In this document: positions 18,439 to 28,094 of the stretch, in pieces
Layout: each line of letters starts with the position of its first letter
Numbering within the stretch: the first letter of the stretch is position 1
From: a bacterium
Lineage (GTDB): Bacteria; Zhuqueibacterota; Zhuqueibacteria; Residuimicrobiales; Krinioviventaceae
DNA length: 64,000 bases
Assembly: GCA_963693055.1 (NCBI GenBank)
Contig: OY843751.1
Span: forward strand, 1,632,001 to 1,696,000
Direction: 5' to 3'
Notes under the pieces: model-generated
Database searches by the model: none
What the model was told of the DNA's origin: nothing
The model's input: the letters and a program-made list of their open reading frames with translations, nothing else
Position numbers and translations under genes: made by a program

Positions 18439-19935
18439 TTAATAATTGAGACTGAATTGTACATCTAATAAAGACGTTGATTTTTCAAAGTCATAATATG
18501 TATTAATCATTAATTCCAGTAAAGAACGACGATATTTAATATATGTATCCATAAAATTCAATTCAATATCTTTGTGTCGTTCAATAATTTGCATTAAATC
18601 TTGTAGTGCTATTTGATTTTCTTCATATTGTTCAATACTCATGTTTAATAATTTATTAGAAATGTTTAAGCTTTTTTCAAGATTCTGACAACGAGCTTGA
18701 TAATCTTGCAGGTTTGTAAAAGCATTTATTATATTTTTTTGAATGTTTTCCCGTTCTTCCTGGATTTGTAAATTCCGCCTGCGAACATCAACCATTTCTG
18801 CTTGGATAGATGCTTTACGTTCGCCCCAATCCCATAGTGGGATGTATGCGTTGATTGTTGCGGAATTACTATTGTCATATTCATCCCATATTCTTTTAAA
18901 ACGCTCATCTTTTTTTTCCAGGCCATAGGTTAGCTCAAGGTTGACTTGAAATGCATTATCACCTTTTTGATCATCCACATCGAGTTCTGAAAACCTTTTA
19001 TAGATGTTGAGTTGTTCTAAGCGAGGATTATTTTCATAACCTAATTCAAGTGCATCATTCAGTTTTATTGTAACCGGAGTAACGTGAATTTCCGGTTTGA
19101 TTATTAATGAATCATTAATATTTATTCTCAATCGTTGTTTTATATTTGCTAATTTTCGACGTTGATTGCTGTTATTTTCAAGCAGGTCTTCTGTCTCGTT
19201 TGTGATTTCCAGTTCTACCTGAATTCTTTCCATTTCATTTGATATTTTTTTTTCTGCATGCTGTTTTGCAATTTCCAAAGTTCTTTCAAGTATGTTTAAT
19301 TGTTTATTAAATATAGTTTCAGCAAAAACGAGTTCAAATACATCATAATAGTCGTCACCAATATCCCTAATGAGCCTTACACGGTCATCGATATATTCCA
19401 GTTGATTATCTTGCAACGCGAGTTGTGCTCTTTCAAGATCATTTTTCAGTTTATTGGTTGTAAAAAAAGGTTGTTCATATTTTAAGTACATTCGATTATA
19501 AAAATCAACCTCTCGGTTACCATTGTCCCGTTGTTGATAGCGATACATTTTATAATTCAGTGAAATATAACCGTTTGTGGGATATCCGAATAGAATAACA
19601 GGTTGACTGATGGATAACTCTGATTGCCAGCGTTGTGTGTTTTCTCGAACGATTTCATCTCTATAGAGTGTTGAATTCCATTTATTTTCTGAAACCCGGC
19701 TGATATCCGGAGTTTGCAAATTCAAAAATACTTTGGACTTTAATCCTGCCCGTCTGGCTCTCAGATCAAACATGGTTTTTTCGATCTCCATCTCGAGCTC
19801 TTTTATCCGATAGCTATTATTCAGGGCAATGTCTACAGCTGATTCCAACGTAAGATCTATCGTTTGTTTGGGTGCAGCTAAAATTGTATAATTCAATAAG
19901 ACACAAAAAAAGAAAACCGCGTTTTTCATTTCCAA
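18439..19935 (-). CDS. TolC-family outer-membrane channel
   Basis: LTLESAVDIALNN start, IPLWDWG, helical repeats. Confidence 0.85.
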   Translation of the reverse strand: MEMKNAVFFFCVLLNYTILAAPKQTIDLTLESAVDIALNNSYRIKELEMEIEKTMFDLRARRAGLKSKVFLNLQTPDISRVSENKWNSTLYRDEIVRENTQRWQSELSISQPVILFGYPTNGYISLNYKMYRYQQRDNGNREVDFYNRMYLKYEQPFFTTNKLKNDLERAQLALQDNQLEYIDDRVRLIRDIGDDYYDVFELVFAETIFNKQLNILERTLEIAKQHAEKKISNEMERIQVELEITNETEDLLENNSNQRRKLANIKQRLRININDSLIIKPEIHVTPVTIKLNDALELGYENNPRLEQLNIYKRFSELDVDDQKGDNAFQVNLELTYGLEKKDERFKRIWDEYDNSNSATINAYIPLWDWGERKASIQAEMVDVRRRNLQIQEERENIQKNIINAFTNLQDYQARCQNLEKSLNISNKLLNMSIEQYEENQIALQDLMQIIERHKDIELNFMDTYIKYRRSLLELMINTYYDFEKSTSLLDVQFSLNY

Positions 19936-19993
19936 CTCCTAATTGATTTCTCATTTTCTTGCTTAAAGATAGAAATCAATCATTAAAATTTAA

Positions 19994-21412
19994 TTAAAAA
20001 GCAGTTTTTTCTGGTTTTGTGGCTGGAAGAATTATCTCTACCCGGGTACCTTTATTTAATTTACTTTCAACATGAATTTCCCCCTGGTGTGCTTCCATGA
20101 TCCTTTTACAGATAGAAAGCCCCAAACCACTACTATGCATTTCACGACTTCTGGCTTTGTCTACTCTGTAAAACCGATCAAATATATGTGACAGTTCATC
20201 TTTGGGGATTCCTATTCCATTGTCGCTAACAGAGATGATGATCTTTTGGTCAATAATTTGAGTGGAAATTTTTATCTCTCCATTGGATGGCGTATATTTT
20301 ATTGCATTGTCTATGATGTTGCTGAGAACCTGGCGAATTTTTTCAGGATCCAGTAATTGTTTTATGATTTTATGAGAGGGATAATAATGTAAGGTTATTT
20401 CTTTTAAAGATGCTACATTTTTATGAAATTGAATGACTTGCGACAAAAGTGAATTGATATCCGTTTGACGAAGTTGAAGATATGTTTTTTCTGCATCTAT
20501 ACGGGCCAGTGTTAACAAGTCATTAATGATTTTTTCCATAAATCCAATTTCCTGTAAACTACTGTACAGAGTGTTTTGGTATTCGTGAGTATCTCTGGGT
20601 TTACGAAGAGCAACTTCAATTTCACCACGCATTATGGTTAGGGGCGTTCGTAGTTCATGAGATGCGTCACCTGTGAATCTCTGTATAGATTCAATTCCCA
20701 TTCTAATGCGCTTTATCATTTCATTAAATGTGAGTGTCAGTTGTCCCAATTCATCTTTGGGATTTGGAGGTGCTGGTAATTCTTTATTTATATTTTTTAA
20801 GGTTATTGAGCGGGCTGCAGTTGTAAGATTGGTGATGGGTACAAGAGCCCGTTTTGCCAGAAACCATCCACCTAATCCTGCAATAATTAGCAATAGTGGG
20901 ATTAATAACATACCATATAATCTTATACGTTCGAGTATATTATTTGCATATATTGTTGAACGACCCGTTATAATGTGAAAAGTGTAGCTTTTGTTACGTT
21001 TATCATAAATAGTAGTCGGGGTAATTAAAATATGATATGAATATCCATCCTTGGTTTCAATTATTTGTGAAGTGATGGTGATTTCTTTGGGGGTATCTAT
21101 ATGGAATAATGGGGGACTGTTTTTGGATTTCATTAATCTTTTTTTAGTATTATATATTTGGTAAAATATACCATTTTCTTCAAATTGAAAGCTGGAGCTA
21201 TGGTCTTTAATATAATCTTTATCCAGCTTTTTATCATCTATACGCATATGTTCATTTAGCCGTTCAGCTTTTTCTGCCAGTAATGCTTCCTGGTCATTAT
21301 AGATCTCATTGGATATGCCCCAATACACAAGGATACCAAAAGTCAGTAGGGCAATAAACATCACTATACTGTACCACAATAACAGTCTGAAGCTAAATGA
21401 ATTAAAAGTCAT
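19994..21412 (-). CDS. HAMP-domain sensor histidine kinase (CusS/CzcS-like)
   Basis: Two TM segments, DELGQL HAMP, ASHELRTPL, NIIDNAIKY, FYRVDKARSR, GLGL. Confidence 0.92.
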   Translation of the reverse strand: MTFNSFSFRLLLWYSIVMFIALLTFGILVYWGISNEIYNDQEALLAEKAERLNEHMRIDDKKLDKDYIKDHSSSFQFEENGIFYQIYNTKKRLMKSKNSPPLFHIDTPKEITITSQIIETKDGYSYHILITPTTIYDKRNKSYTFHIITGRSTIYANNILERIRLYGMLLIPLLLIIAGLGGWFLAKRALVPITNLTTAARSITLKNINKELPAPPNPKDELGQLTLTFNEMIKRIRMGIESIQRFTGDASHELRTPLTIMRGEIEVALRKPRDTHEYQNTLYSSLQEIGFMEKIINDLLTLARIDAEKTYLQLRQTDINSLLSQVIQFHKNVASLKEITLHYYPSHKIIKQLLDPEKIRQVLSNIIDNAIKYTPSNGEIKISTQIIDQKIIISVSDNGIGIPKDELSHIFDRFYRVDKARSREMHSSGLGLSICKRIMEAHQGEIHVESKLNKGTRVEIILPATKPEKTAF

Positions 21413-22085
21413 CTGCTGGCCCTTCAATTTTATAGCCAATACTTCGGACCGTTTTAATCAAGGGGTTTGCAAAAGGTTTGTCAATTTTTTTTCGTAAAAA
21501 GTTAATATATACATCAACGGCATTTGTATCCGGACTTTCGTTACGTCCCCAGATATAATCTTCAATTGCTTCACGAGACATTGCACGTCCTTGATTACGA
21601 GCTAATAATTCTAATATTCTAAATTCAAGCGGAGAAAGTGAGATTTGCTGTTCTTTGCGTGTTACTGTATGATTGTCTATGGAAATGATAAGGTCTGCTA
21701 TTTGAAGTTTTTCAGGCTCTTCCCACTTATTTCGTCTTACCAGAGCCTGCATTCTGGCCAATAATTCTTCAAAGGCAAAAGGTTTTACTAAATAGTCATC
21801 TGCTCCTGATCGGAGCCCTGAAACACGTTCTGAAATTGCATCTTTGGCAGTGAGAAACAATACCGGAACCCTATTACCTTCTTGTCGGATATTTTTAAGC
21901 AAAGTTAATCCGTCCATTTTAGGCATCATGATATCAAGTATGAGGATATCAAATTCCTGGTCCCGAAGAATGTTTAATGCTTCAATACCATTATATGCTG
22001 TAGCGACACTCCAATTTTCTTCTTCGAGCCCCTTTTTTAAAAATCCGACGACTTTGGGTTCATCTTCAACAATCAATACACGCAT
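21402..22085 (-). CDS. OmpR-family response regulator (CusR/CzcR-like)
   Basis: VEDE, LDIMMP, GADDYLVKPF, VDVYINFLRKKID. Confidence 0.93.
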   Translation of the reverse strand: MRVLIVEDEPKVVGFLKKGLEEENWSVATAYNGIEALNILRDQEFDILILDIMMPKMDGLTLLKNIRQEGNRVPVLFLTAKDAISERVSGLRSGADDYLVKPFAFEELLARMQALVRRNKWEEPEKLQIADLIISIDNHTVTRKEQQISLSPLEFRILELLARNQGRAMSREAIEDYIWGRNESPDTNAVDVYINFLRKKIDKPFANPLIKTVRSIGYKIEGPADDF

Positions 22086-22139
22086 TAATTATCCGTATTT
22101 TTATGAATTGGAAGATAAGTTCATTTTATTAAAATTAGA

Positions 22140-23138
22140 TTAAAATTCTTTAACTGACCAGGAGATTGTTTTGCCAGCCATAAAGGGAACAACGTTTCCA
22201 TAATTGTCAGGGATTATAAAATCTGATTTTTCAATCTCGATATTTTTAGGAATGGGAGAGATGTTGTAGATTTTTTGAGCATTGTCTGAAACGAATGCTT
22301 GTAATTTGTCAAGTGCATTGTGTTTATCAAACAGTTCCGCAAGTACGGCAAGCGCAACCGGGGCTGTAAAAACTCCTGCGGCACAACCCGCGCATTCTTT
22401 TTTGTGAACCGGATGTGGTGCTGAATCACTTCCAAACATGAGTTTGGGATGTGCTATCAGTGCTGCCTGCAACAAGGCTTCTCGGTCATGAGGGAATTTG
22501 GCTATAGGTTTGCAAAACAGATGTGGAGACAAGAGTCCGCCCGCAATATCGTCCAACGTGATCAGCAAGTGCTGCAAAGTAACCGTGGCAAAAATATTTT
22601 CATATTGGTCCAGCAGTTCTACCGCGTCGCGGGTTGTAATGTGCTCCATGATGATTTTAAGATCTGGAAAATTCTCCGCAAGCCATGCATAGGTACCCAG
22701 AAATTCAGATTCACGATCCAATACAAAGCCATTGGTCTCGCCATGTACCAACAAGGGGATCTGTAACTCTTGCATGAATTCAAAGGTTGTACGAGCCTGG
22801 TCAAGCGAACTGACTCCGGATTCGCTGTTTGTGGTTATACCCGCAGGATAAAGTTTGATACCAATAATATGTTCTTTTGCGGTTTCGAGTTCATTTTTAC
22901 TATACTCCCGGAAGAATAATGTCATATAGGGGGTAAAGGTTTCACTGCCAATGGCATGAATAATCTGGTCACGATAGGTCAACAGTTTATCCAATGAATC
23001 GATAGGATCGATTAAATTGGGCATAATTACAGCACCGGCAAATTGAGCAGCGCTGAGGGGAGCAACAAGTTTAAGCATTTCTGCTTCGCGCAGATGCAGA
23101 TGCATGTCTAACGGTGATTGTATGATCAGTGTATTCAT
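22140..23138 (-). CDS. pyrC: Dihydroorotase, homodimeric type II
   Basis: [44 protein letters not shown]. Confidence 0.95.
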   Translation of the reverse strand: MNTLIIQSPLDMHLHLREAEMLKLVAPLSAAQFAGAVIMPNLIDPIDSLDKLLTYRDQIIHAIGSETFTPYMTLFFREYSKNELETAKEHIIGIKLYPAGITTNSESGVSSLDQARTTFEFMQELQIPLLVHGETNGFVLDRESEFLGTYAWLAENFPDLKIIMEHITTRDAVELLDQYENIFATVTLQHLLITLDDIAGGLLSPHLFCKPIAKFPHDREALLQAALIAHPKLMFGSDSAPHPVHKKECAGCAAGVFTAPVALAVLAELFDKHNALDKLQAFVSDNAQKIYNISPIPKNIEIEKSDFIIPDNYGNVVPFMAGKTISWSVKEF

Positions 23139-23208
23139 TTATAAATCCAATATTTTTTAATAAAATTACTGATTTATGATTGAAAATTCAAGTTGTTTCA
23201 AGGATATT

Positions 23209-23345
23209 AAAAAGGATGCCCGTCCAAATAGGGTATTGATGTTTTGGGGTAAGGGTTGGACGGGCATGGGGGGTAAGTTGTTATATTTTACAGCAAATTT
23301 TGTAATTTGCAGAAAAAAATTTTAATATTTTTTGTTTGGATTGAT
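23209..23345 (-). ncRNA. Candidate ~135-nt sRNA or attenuator leader upstream of pyrC
   Basis: Perfect promoter upstream; 12-bp stem 23216-23227/23256-23267 with a C-rich loop, then CCUUUUU. Confidence 0.45.
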
Positions 23346-23350
23346 TAAGA

Positions 23351-23379
23351 ATTATACGCTTTTTTTTTAATTTTGTCAA
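23351..23379 (-). promoter_or_regulatory. Perfect-consensus sigma70 promoter
   Basis: Minus strand TTGACA-17 bp-TATAAT. Confidence 0.85.
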
Positions 23380-23400
23380 GTGTTTATTTTAAGATTTATG

Positions 23401-23430
23401 GGGAAAATATCGAGCATTTCGATATTTTCC
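23401..23430. terminator. Inverted repeat downstream of the NRAMP gene
   Basis: GGGAAAATATCGA / TCGATATTTTCCC 13-bp arms. Confidence 0.55.
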
Positions 23431-23471
23431 CTTTATGAGGTTGTTTTTCATGATTTTATGAGGTGGTGTGA

Positions 23472-24695
23472 TTATAACGTTTTTGCCAAATTTAAAAAAC
23501 CTATAAATGATTGATATGCCATAAATAATGCAAATAAAAAAGTGATTCCGGTCATTATATTTATAGATTTGGAATTTTTATGTTCATGTACAATTTTTTC
23601 TTTATTGAGAAGTATGAGTAGAAACAGGACCAAAAGTGGTAAAAATAATGCCTGTATGGCAAGTGAAATGATTTGCAGGAATACCGGCTTGCCACCAAAT
23701 ATGGGAGCAATAAGCCCGGCTGCACTGAAAATAAAAGCCATGATCATAAAATGTGGAGCTTTGGGATCTCGTGATAATCCGAAAAATTCTGATATGGTCC
23801 ATGTGGAGACAAGGGCATTAGGAAAAGCTGACGAGAGTCCTGCTGCCATAATACCAACTATAAATAATGTTGCGGCAAACTTGCCAAAAAGGGGAACCAG
23901 TGTATATGCCATATCGATTGCTTTTTCAACATGAATTCCCCGAACATGTAATGTTGCTGCGGCTCCAGCCATAACCACAGCGGATACGACAAAAACCAAA
24001 ACGCCGGTAACAATGGCATCCTTGTTGGCGTGTTTCAGATCATTGATTGTCCAGCCCTTGTCCATGACCACGAATGATCGCATTACAACTACACTCCCTG
24101 CCAGTGTGGTTCCCACCATTGCGGCTGCAATCATGCTTCCGCCCTGGGGCACATTGGGTATAAAACCTTTTGCAAAGCTCAAAGCTGAAGGATGCGCATA
24201 AAACAAATTGATTATAAAACTCACACCAAGAACCGTAACAAAGATGATCAATACCCGTTCAAATATTGAATATTTGCCCATTATTATCAGCAAAAAAATG
24301 AACGTGCACCAGATAATACTGGAAAGTAAAAAGTTCATACCGGTCCATGATGCAAAAGCTTCGGCAACAATTCCAAGTACTCCTATATTGGATGTGAATT
24401 GACTAACCACCACGGCAAGTACAATGTAAAAACCTGCTACCGGACCAAAATGCTCCCGGGTCAATGCTACAAACGTTTTTCCTGAAGCAAAAGTGAGCCT
24501 GCTTACAGAACCAATCAATACCCAGAAAAATAGGCAGGAGAGAAACAACGTCCACATTAAGCTCATGCCATGTTCAGCACCTGCTACCACCAGAGAGGAT
24601 ACACTGCCCGTGCCGATTGTTGCACCAATCATAAAAATTGCCGGCCCATAAGAAACAATTGTGTCTTTGAGTTTGGTAAGGAAAGAGTTTTGCAT
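23472..24695 (-). CDS. NRAMP/MntH-family divalent cation or solute transporter
   Basis: YGPA..IGTG, AGA.HG..L.W, AMVGTT, 11 TM; lacks canonical DPGN so a divergent subgroup. Confidence 0.8.
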   Translation of the reverse strand: MQNSFLTKLKDTIVSYGPAIFMIGATIGTGSVSSLVVAGAEHGMSLMWTLFLSCLFFWVLIGSVSRLTFASGKTFVALTREHFGPVAGFYIVLAVVVSQFTSNIGVLGIVAEAFASWTGMNFLLSSIIWCTFIFLLIIMGKYSIFERVLIIFVTVLGVSFIINLFYAHPSALSFAKGFIPNVPQGGSMIAAAMVGTTLAGSVVVMRSFVVMDKGWTINDLKHANKDAIVTGVLVFVVSAVVMAGAAATLHVRGIHVEKAIDMAYTLVPLFGKFAATLFIVGIMAAGLSSAFPNALVSTWTISEFFGLSRDPKAPHFMIMAFIFSAAGLIAPIFGGKPVFLQIISLAIQALFLPLLVLFLLILLNKEKIVHEHKNSKSINIMTGITFLFALFMAYQSFIGFLNLAKTL

Positions 24696-24965
24696 AACCA
24701 GATCCTTTATATTGTTTGATTCCCCGTTTAATTAATGTACAATAACTAGTATTAACTTCAAGCTCAATTTTCTTTTTATTCAAGAGATTCATTATTTTTT
24801 TGTAATGTCATATTCTGCTTGCTTATTTGTAGTTATTTTGTAATATAATCTATCAATTGTTTGCTATCTGTCACATCTTTTTTGGGTATGATTTACTAGC
24901 CTGAATATATTTTTATTTTAAACTGTTTACATGTAATAAAAGCTATTGCATTGATGGAGGAGAAA

Positions 24966-26255
24966 ATGTCTTTCAAGCGTCAATTTGTGCTAATAATTGT
25001 TATTGTTTTACTGGGTATGTTTGCCATCAGTCCGGTATTCAGCCAGAATGCTGCAAAAGGAATAATGTCATTTTATCGGGATGTGTTTGAGCAGGATGAA
25101 AAGAATTTATATGATTACCTGATAGATGAATTGTTAAATTATATACAAGACCATCCGGACAGTACAGATACTGCTGAAGCATTATTGCTGTTGAGTAAAT
25201 CATATCAAAACAGAGGTAAAGAGTACGAGGCGCTTGCTGCCAGCCTGGAATTACTGTATCTGTTTCCCGGAGCGGCAAACCGGCAGGAATGTTTAAATTT
25301 TGCCACCAGTATTATTACCACAGAGAGAAGTTTTGATGCTGATGAAGCAAAGTATACTGCGCTTGTTAATGAAACGGTTGCAGGCATTAGTAGAGCTGAT
25401 CGATTTTATGAATATCTCGGTATGTTGATCAAGCTTGATGAAAAGGACCTTTACGATTGGACAATCAACGCTGCCCGGTCCTATTGTTCACAATTCCCCA
25501 ATGATGGCCGTTTAGATAATGTGCAAAAGTGGATTGGGGATATCTATCTTGAAAAGGGGGACGAGTGGCAGGCTTCTATGAGTTATTTGAAACTGGATTA
25601 TACTCACCCGAACAGTCCCTTATTACCAGAAACCCGTTATTTGAGAAGCAAGATTTTGTACGAGGAATTACGCGAGTATGAACTGGCAGTGCAATCTCTT
25701 GAGCAAATAGCCGCCACCTGGCCCACTCATGAATATGCTGCTGCATCCCTGTTTATGATTGGTGAAATTTATGAAAATAAATTAAAAGATTATGATAAAG
25801 CTATACTTTATTATCGCAAGCTGGTAGATATGTTTCCACAATATCCCAAATCTGTAAATGCCTTGCTCTCTATTGGTGAAATAAACGCCAAACGATTGGA
25901 TAAATACCCGGAAGCTATTGCCGCTTATAATGAATTTGTTGAAAAATATCGATCTAACCCCCAGGGTGTAGAAGCTTTGTTACGAGTTGCCGAGTTGTAT
26001 GAAGATGAGGTTAAGGATTATACACAGGCAGCCGCTTATTACGCTCAAGTGGCAGAGATTTATCCCACTTATGACGATGCACCTGACTGTTTGATTAAAG
26101 CGGGTGAAATCAGTGAAGATAAATTGGGAGATTACAAGCAGGCAGTGATCTATTATCAAATGGTGTTGAATACTTTTCCTGATCACAAAAAGGCCAAAGA
26201 CGCAAAAAAGAAACTGGACAAAGCTCAGGAAAATTTACCTGCAGGAACATTTTAA
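24966..26255 (+). CDS. Exported TPR-repeat protein
   Basis: GGAGGAG RBS, signal peptide, ~38-aa repeats L.IGEIY..L.DY..A...Y..V..P. Confidence 0.85.
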   Translation: MSFKRQFVLIIVIVLLGMFAISPVFSQNAAKGIMSFYRDVFEQDEKNLYDYLIDELLNYIQDHPDSTDTAEALLLLSKSYQNRGKEYEALAASLELLYLFPGAANRQECLNFATSIITTERSFDADEAKYTALVNETVAGISRADRFYEYLGMLIKLDEKDLYDWTINAARSYCSQFPNDGRLDNVQKWIGDIYLEKGDEWQASMSYLKLDYTHPNSPLLPETRYLRSKILYEELREYELAVQSLEQIAATWPTHEYAAASLFMIGEIYENKLKDYDKAILYYRKLVDMFPQYPKSVNALLSIGEINAKRLDKYPEAIAAYNEFVEKYRSNPQGVEALLRVAELYEDEVKDYTQAAAYYAQVAEIYPTYDDAPDCLIKAGEISEDKLGDYKQAVIYYQMVLNTFPDHKKAKDAKKKLDKAQENLPAGTF

Positions 26256-26335
26256 CTAATTTATAATTGAACAAGCCGGTGCTTTGTTACATCAACTAAA
26301 GTTGGATACTCTGCTACCGGCTTTTTTTATATGGA

Positions 26336-27007
26336 TTAAGAACTGAATCCCGGCATACCTTCAATTGCATATGCGCGAACAGAGCAGGAATCCAATCCTT
26401 TGATTGGCATAGGGGTATACGAGATGAAAAAGATATCGTCCTGCAGTTTGTCAATATTCTGCATGACTTCAAGAAACATGATGTCTTGCGGCATAACAAT
26501 TTCATGAATATCACATGCATCTTTAACAGAATGTTCAATAGCAACACCGTCACCAAAACCAATACATTTTACTTTTTTCTCAGCAAACCATTCTCCTGAT
26601 TCTTTACCGAGATAGGGACGTTTGTCATTAGGATCATTACTGAATGGCACATTGTGGTATGGACTGTCGAGTATCACCACATCTCCCTCTTTGACCCTAC
26701 CTTTGTCCGCTTTATCCAGCATTTCTTTGGTAATGGGCGCCAAGGGATCACATTCCAGTTTTAACAGTACACCCCGACCAATAAAAGCGGTTACCGGTAA
26801 TTGTACAATGTCTTTCCAATCCGAGTCATAATGATAGGGTGTTTCGATATGTGTGCCCAGATGAGAAGCTACCGTTACCTTGGAATGGTAATCTTTGGTA
26901 CTCTCTTGAAAGAACCGTTCAACCTTGCATAAACGTGTTGTATTTTCAGGATCTACATGCAGGCTGAGATCAATAGCCCGGTATCCATTGATAGTAAATA
27001 CTGACAT
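26336..27007 (-). CDS. Cyclase / kynurenine formamidase-family metallohydrolase
   Basis: IDLS, HLGTHIETPYH motif, P.PIKGLD...VRAYA. Confidence 0.85.
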   Translation of the reverse strand: MSVFTINGYRAIDLSLHVDPENTTRLCKVERFFQESTKDYHSKVTVASHLGTHIETPYHYDSDWKDIVQLPVTAFIGRGVLLKLECDPLAPITKEMLDKADKGRVKEGDVVILDSPYHNVPFSNDPNDKRPYLGKESGEWFAEKKVKCIGFGDGVAIEHSVKDACDIHEIVMPQDIMFLEVMQNIDKLQDDIFFISYTPMPIKGLDSCSVRAYAIEGMPGFSS

Positions 27008-27019
27008 ACTTTTTACCTC

Positions 27020-28072
27020 CTAAAAAATATCTGAAAAAGGTCTGAGATCGACTGTATCCAGATTTTTCATACTCAATTGTTCTTTATTGTTTTGAATATT
27101 ACGGATGATTTCTGTAATGGTATCGTTAACTGGTGCTGCGATTCCGGATTCTTTAGATTTTTTTGCCAAAAATCCATTTATGCTTTCTACCTCGGTCATT
27201 CTGCCTTTTTCAAGATCCTGCAGCATACTGGGTTTTCCACTACGCTGAGGTTCAAAGAATTTGCGTAATTGCGCGCGCATGGCATCCGGATTGATTACCA
27301 GTGCGGTTTTGAATTCCTGCGGATCGATTCCGTTGACCTGATCTACCTGTATCCCGAGTTTTTCTGCAACGGACAAGGTTTCAGCTTTTAGCGAAAGCGC
27401 AGTATCGAGTGCTTTGGGATTGTCAAGGATTTCACCAAAGGTGCAGCCCAATGCTGCTGAAAGTCCGCTCATGGATACATTAATTACCAACTTGGTCCAA
27501 CGCATACCGGCAAGATTGGTAGATATCTCTACTGCACCGGCATGTTCCAAAATGGATTTGACGGCTTGAATTCTATCCGATATGCTGCCATCGGGTTCAC
27601 CAATTTTGTAAAGCATACTGCCCGGTTCACCTGCTAGACGTGCAACACCCGGTGCATCGAGCCCAGCAGCCCAACCGACTATAGATCCTCCCAGGGTACG
27701 ATTTTCACCAACATATGAAGCAATTTTTTCTTCAGGAACACCATTTTGTGTAGAGAGTACCATGCTGTTATCATGCAGATGTGGCAAAAGTCCGGAAAGG
27801 GCTGCATCATCCGCAGTACTTTTTACAGAATAGATGACAAGATCATAAGGTCCGTTCATCCTGTCCGGGGTAACTGCATTAACCGGAATGGTAACATCCA
27901 TTCCGCCAGTAATTTTAGCCCCGTTCTGATTCAGTGCATTGACATGATCTGTATCTACCGAAACCAGGTCAATATCATAACCTGCTTTTGCAATCAGGGC
28001 CCCAATAATAGTTCCGGTTGCTCCGGCGCCCAGAAGTACAATTTTTTTGATCTCTGGTTTGCTCACAATCAA
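27020..28072 (-). CDS. Ketopantoate reductase-family (PanE/ApbA) oxidoreductase
   Basis: GAGATG, QNG, RWTKLVIN, SMLQD, TEVESING. Confidence 0.88.
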   Translation of the reverse strand: MIVSKPEIKKIVLLGAGATGTIIGALIAKAGYDIDLVSVDTDHVNALNQNGAKITGGMDVTIPVNAVTPDRMNGPYDLVIYSVKSTADDAALSGLLPHLHDNSMVLSTQNGVPEEKIASYVGENRTLGGSIVGWAAGLDAPGVARLAGEPGSMLYKIGEPDGSISDRIQAVKSILEHAGAVEISTNLAGMRWTKLVINVSMSGLSAALGCTFGEILDNPKALDTALSLKAETLSVAEKLGIQVDQVNGIDPQEFKTALVINPDAMRAQLRKFFEPQRSGKPSMLQDLEKGRMTEVESINGFLAKKSKESGIAAPVNDTITEIIRNIQNNKEQLSMKNLDTVDLRPFSDIF

Positions 28073-28094
28073 CTCCTGTTTGATTTATTTTTAC

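Noticed and set aside
24696-24950. yybP-ykoY manganese riboswitch upstream of the NRAMP gene
   Set aside because: Only a loose AAACGGGGA match; no supporting helices seen
24966-26255. DNA-level repeat array
   Set aside because: The periodicity is ordinary degenerate TPR protein repeats, not nucleotide repeats
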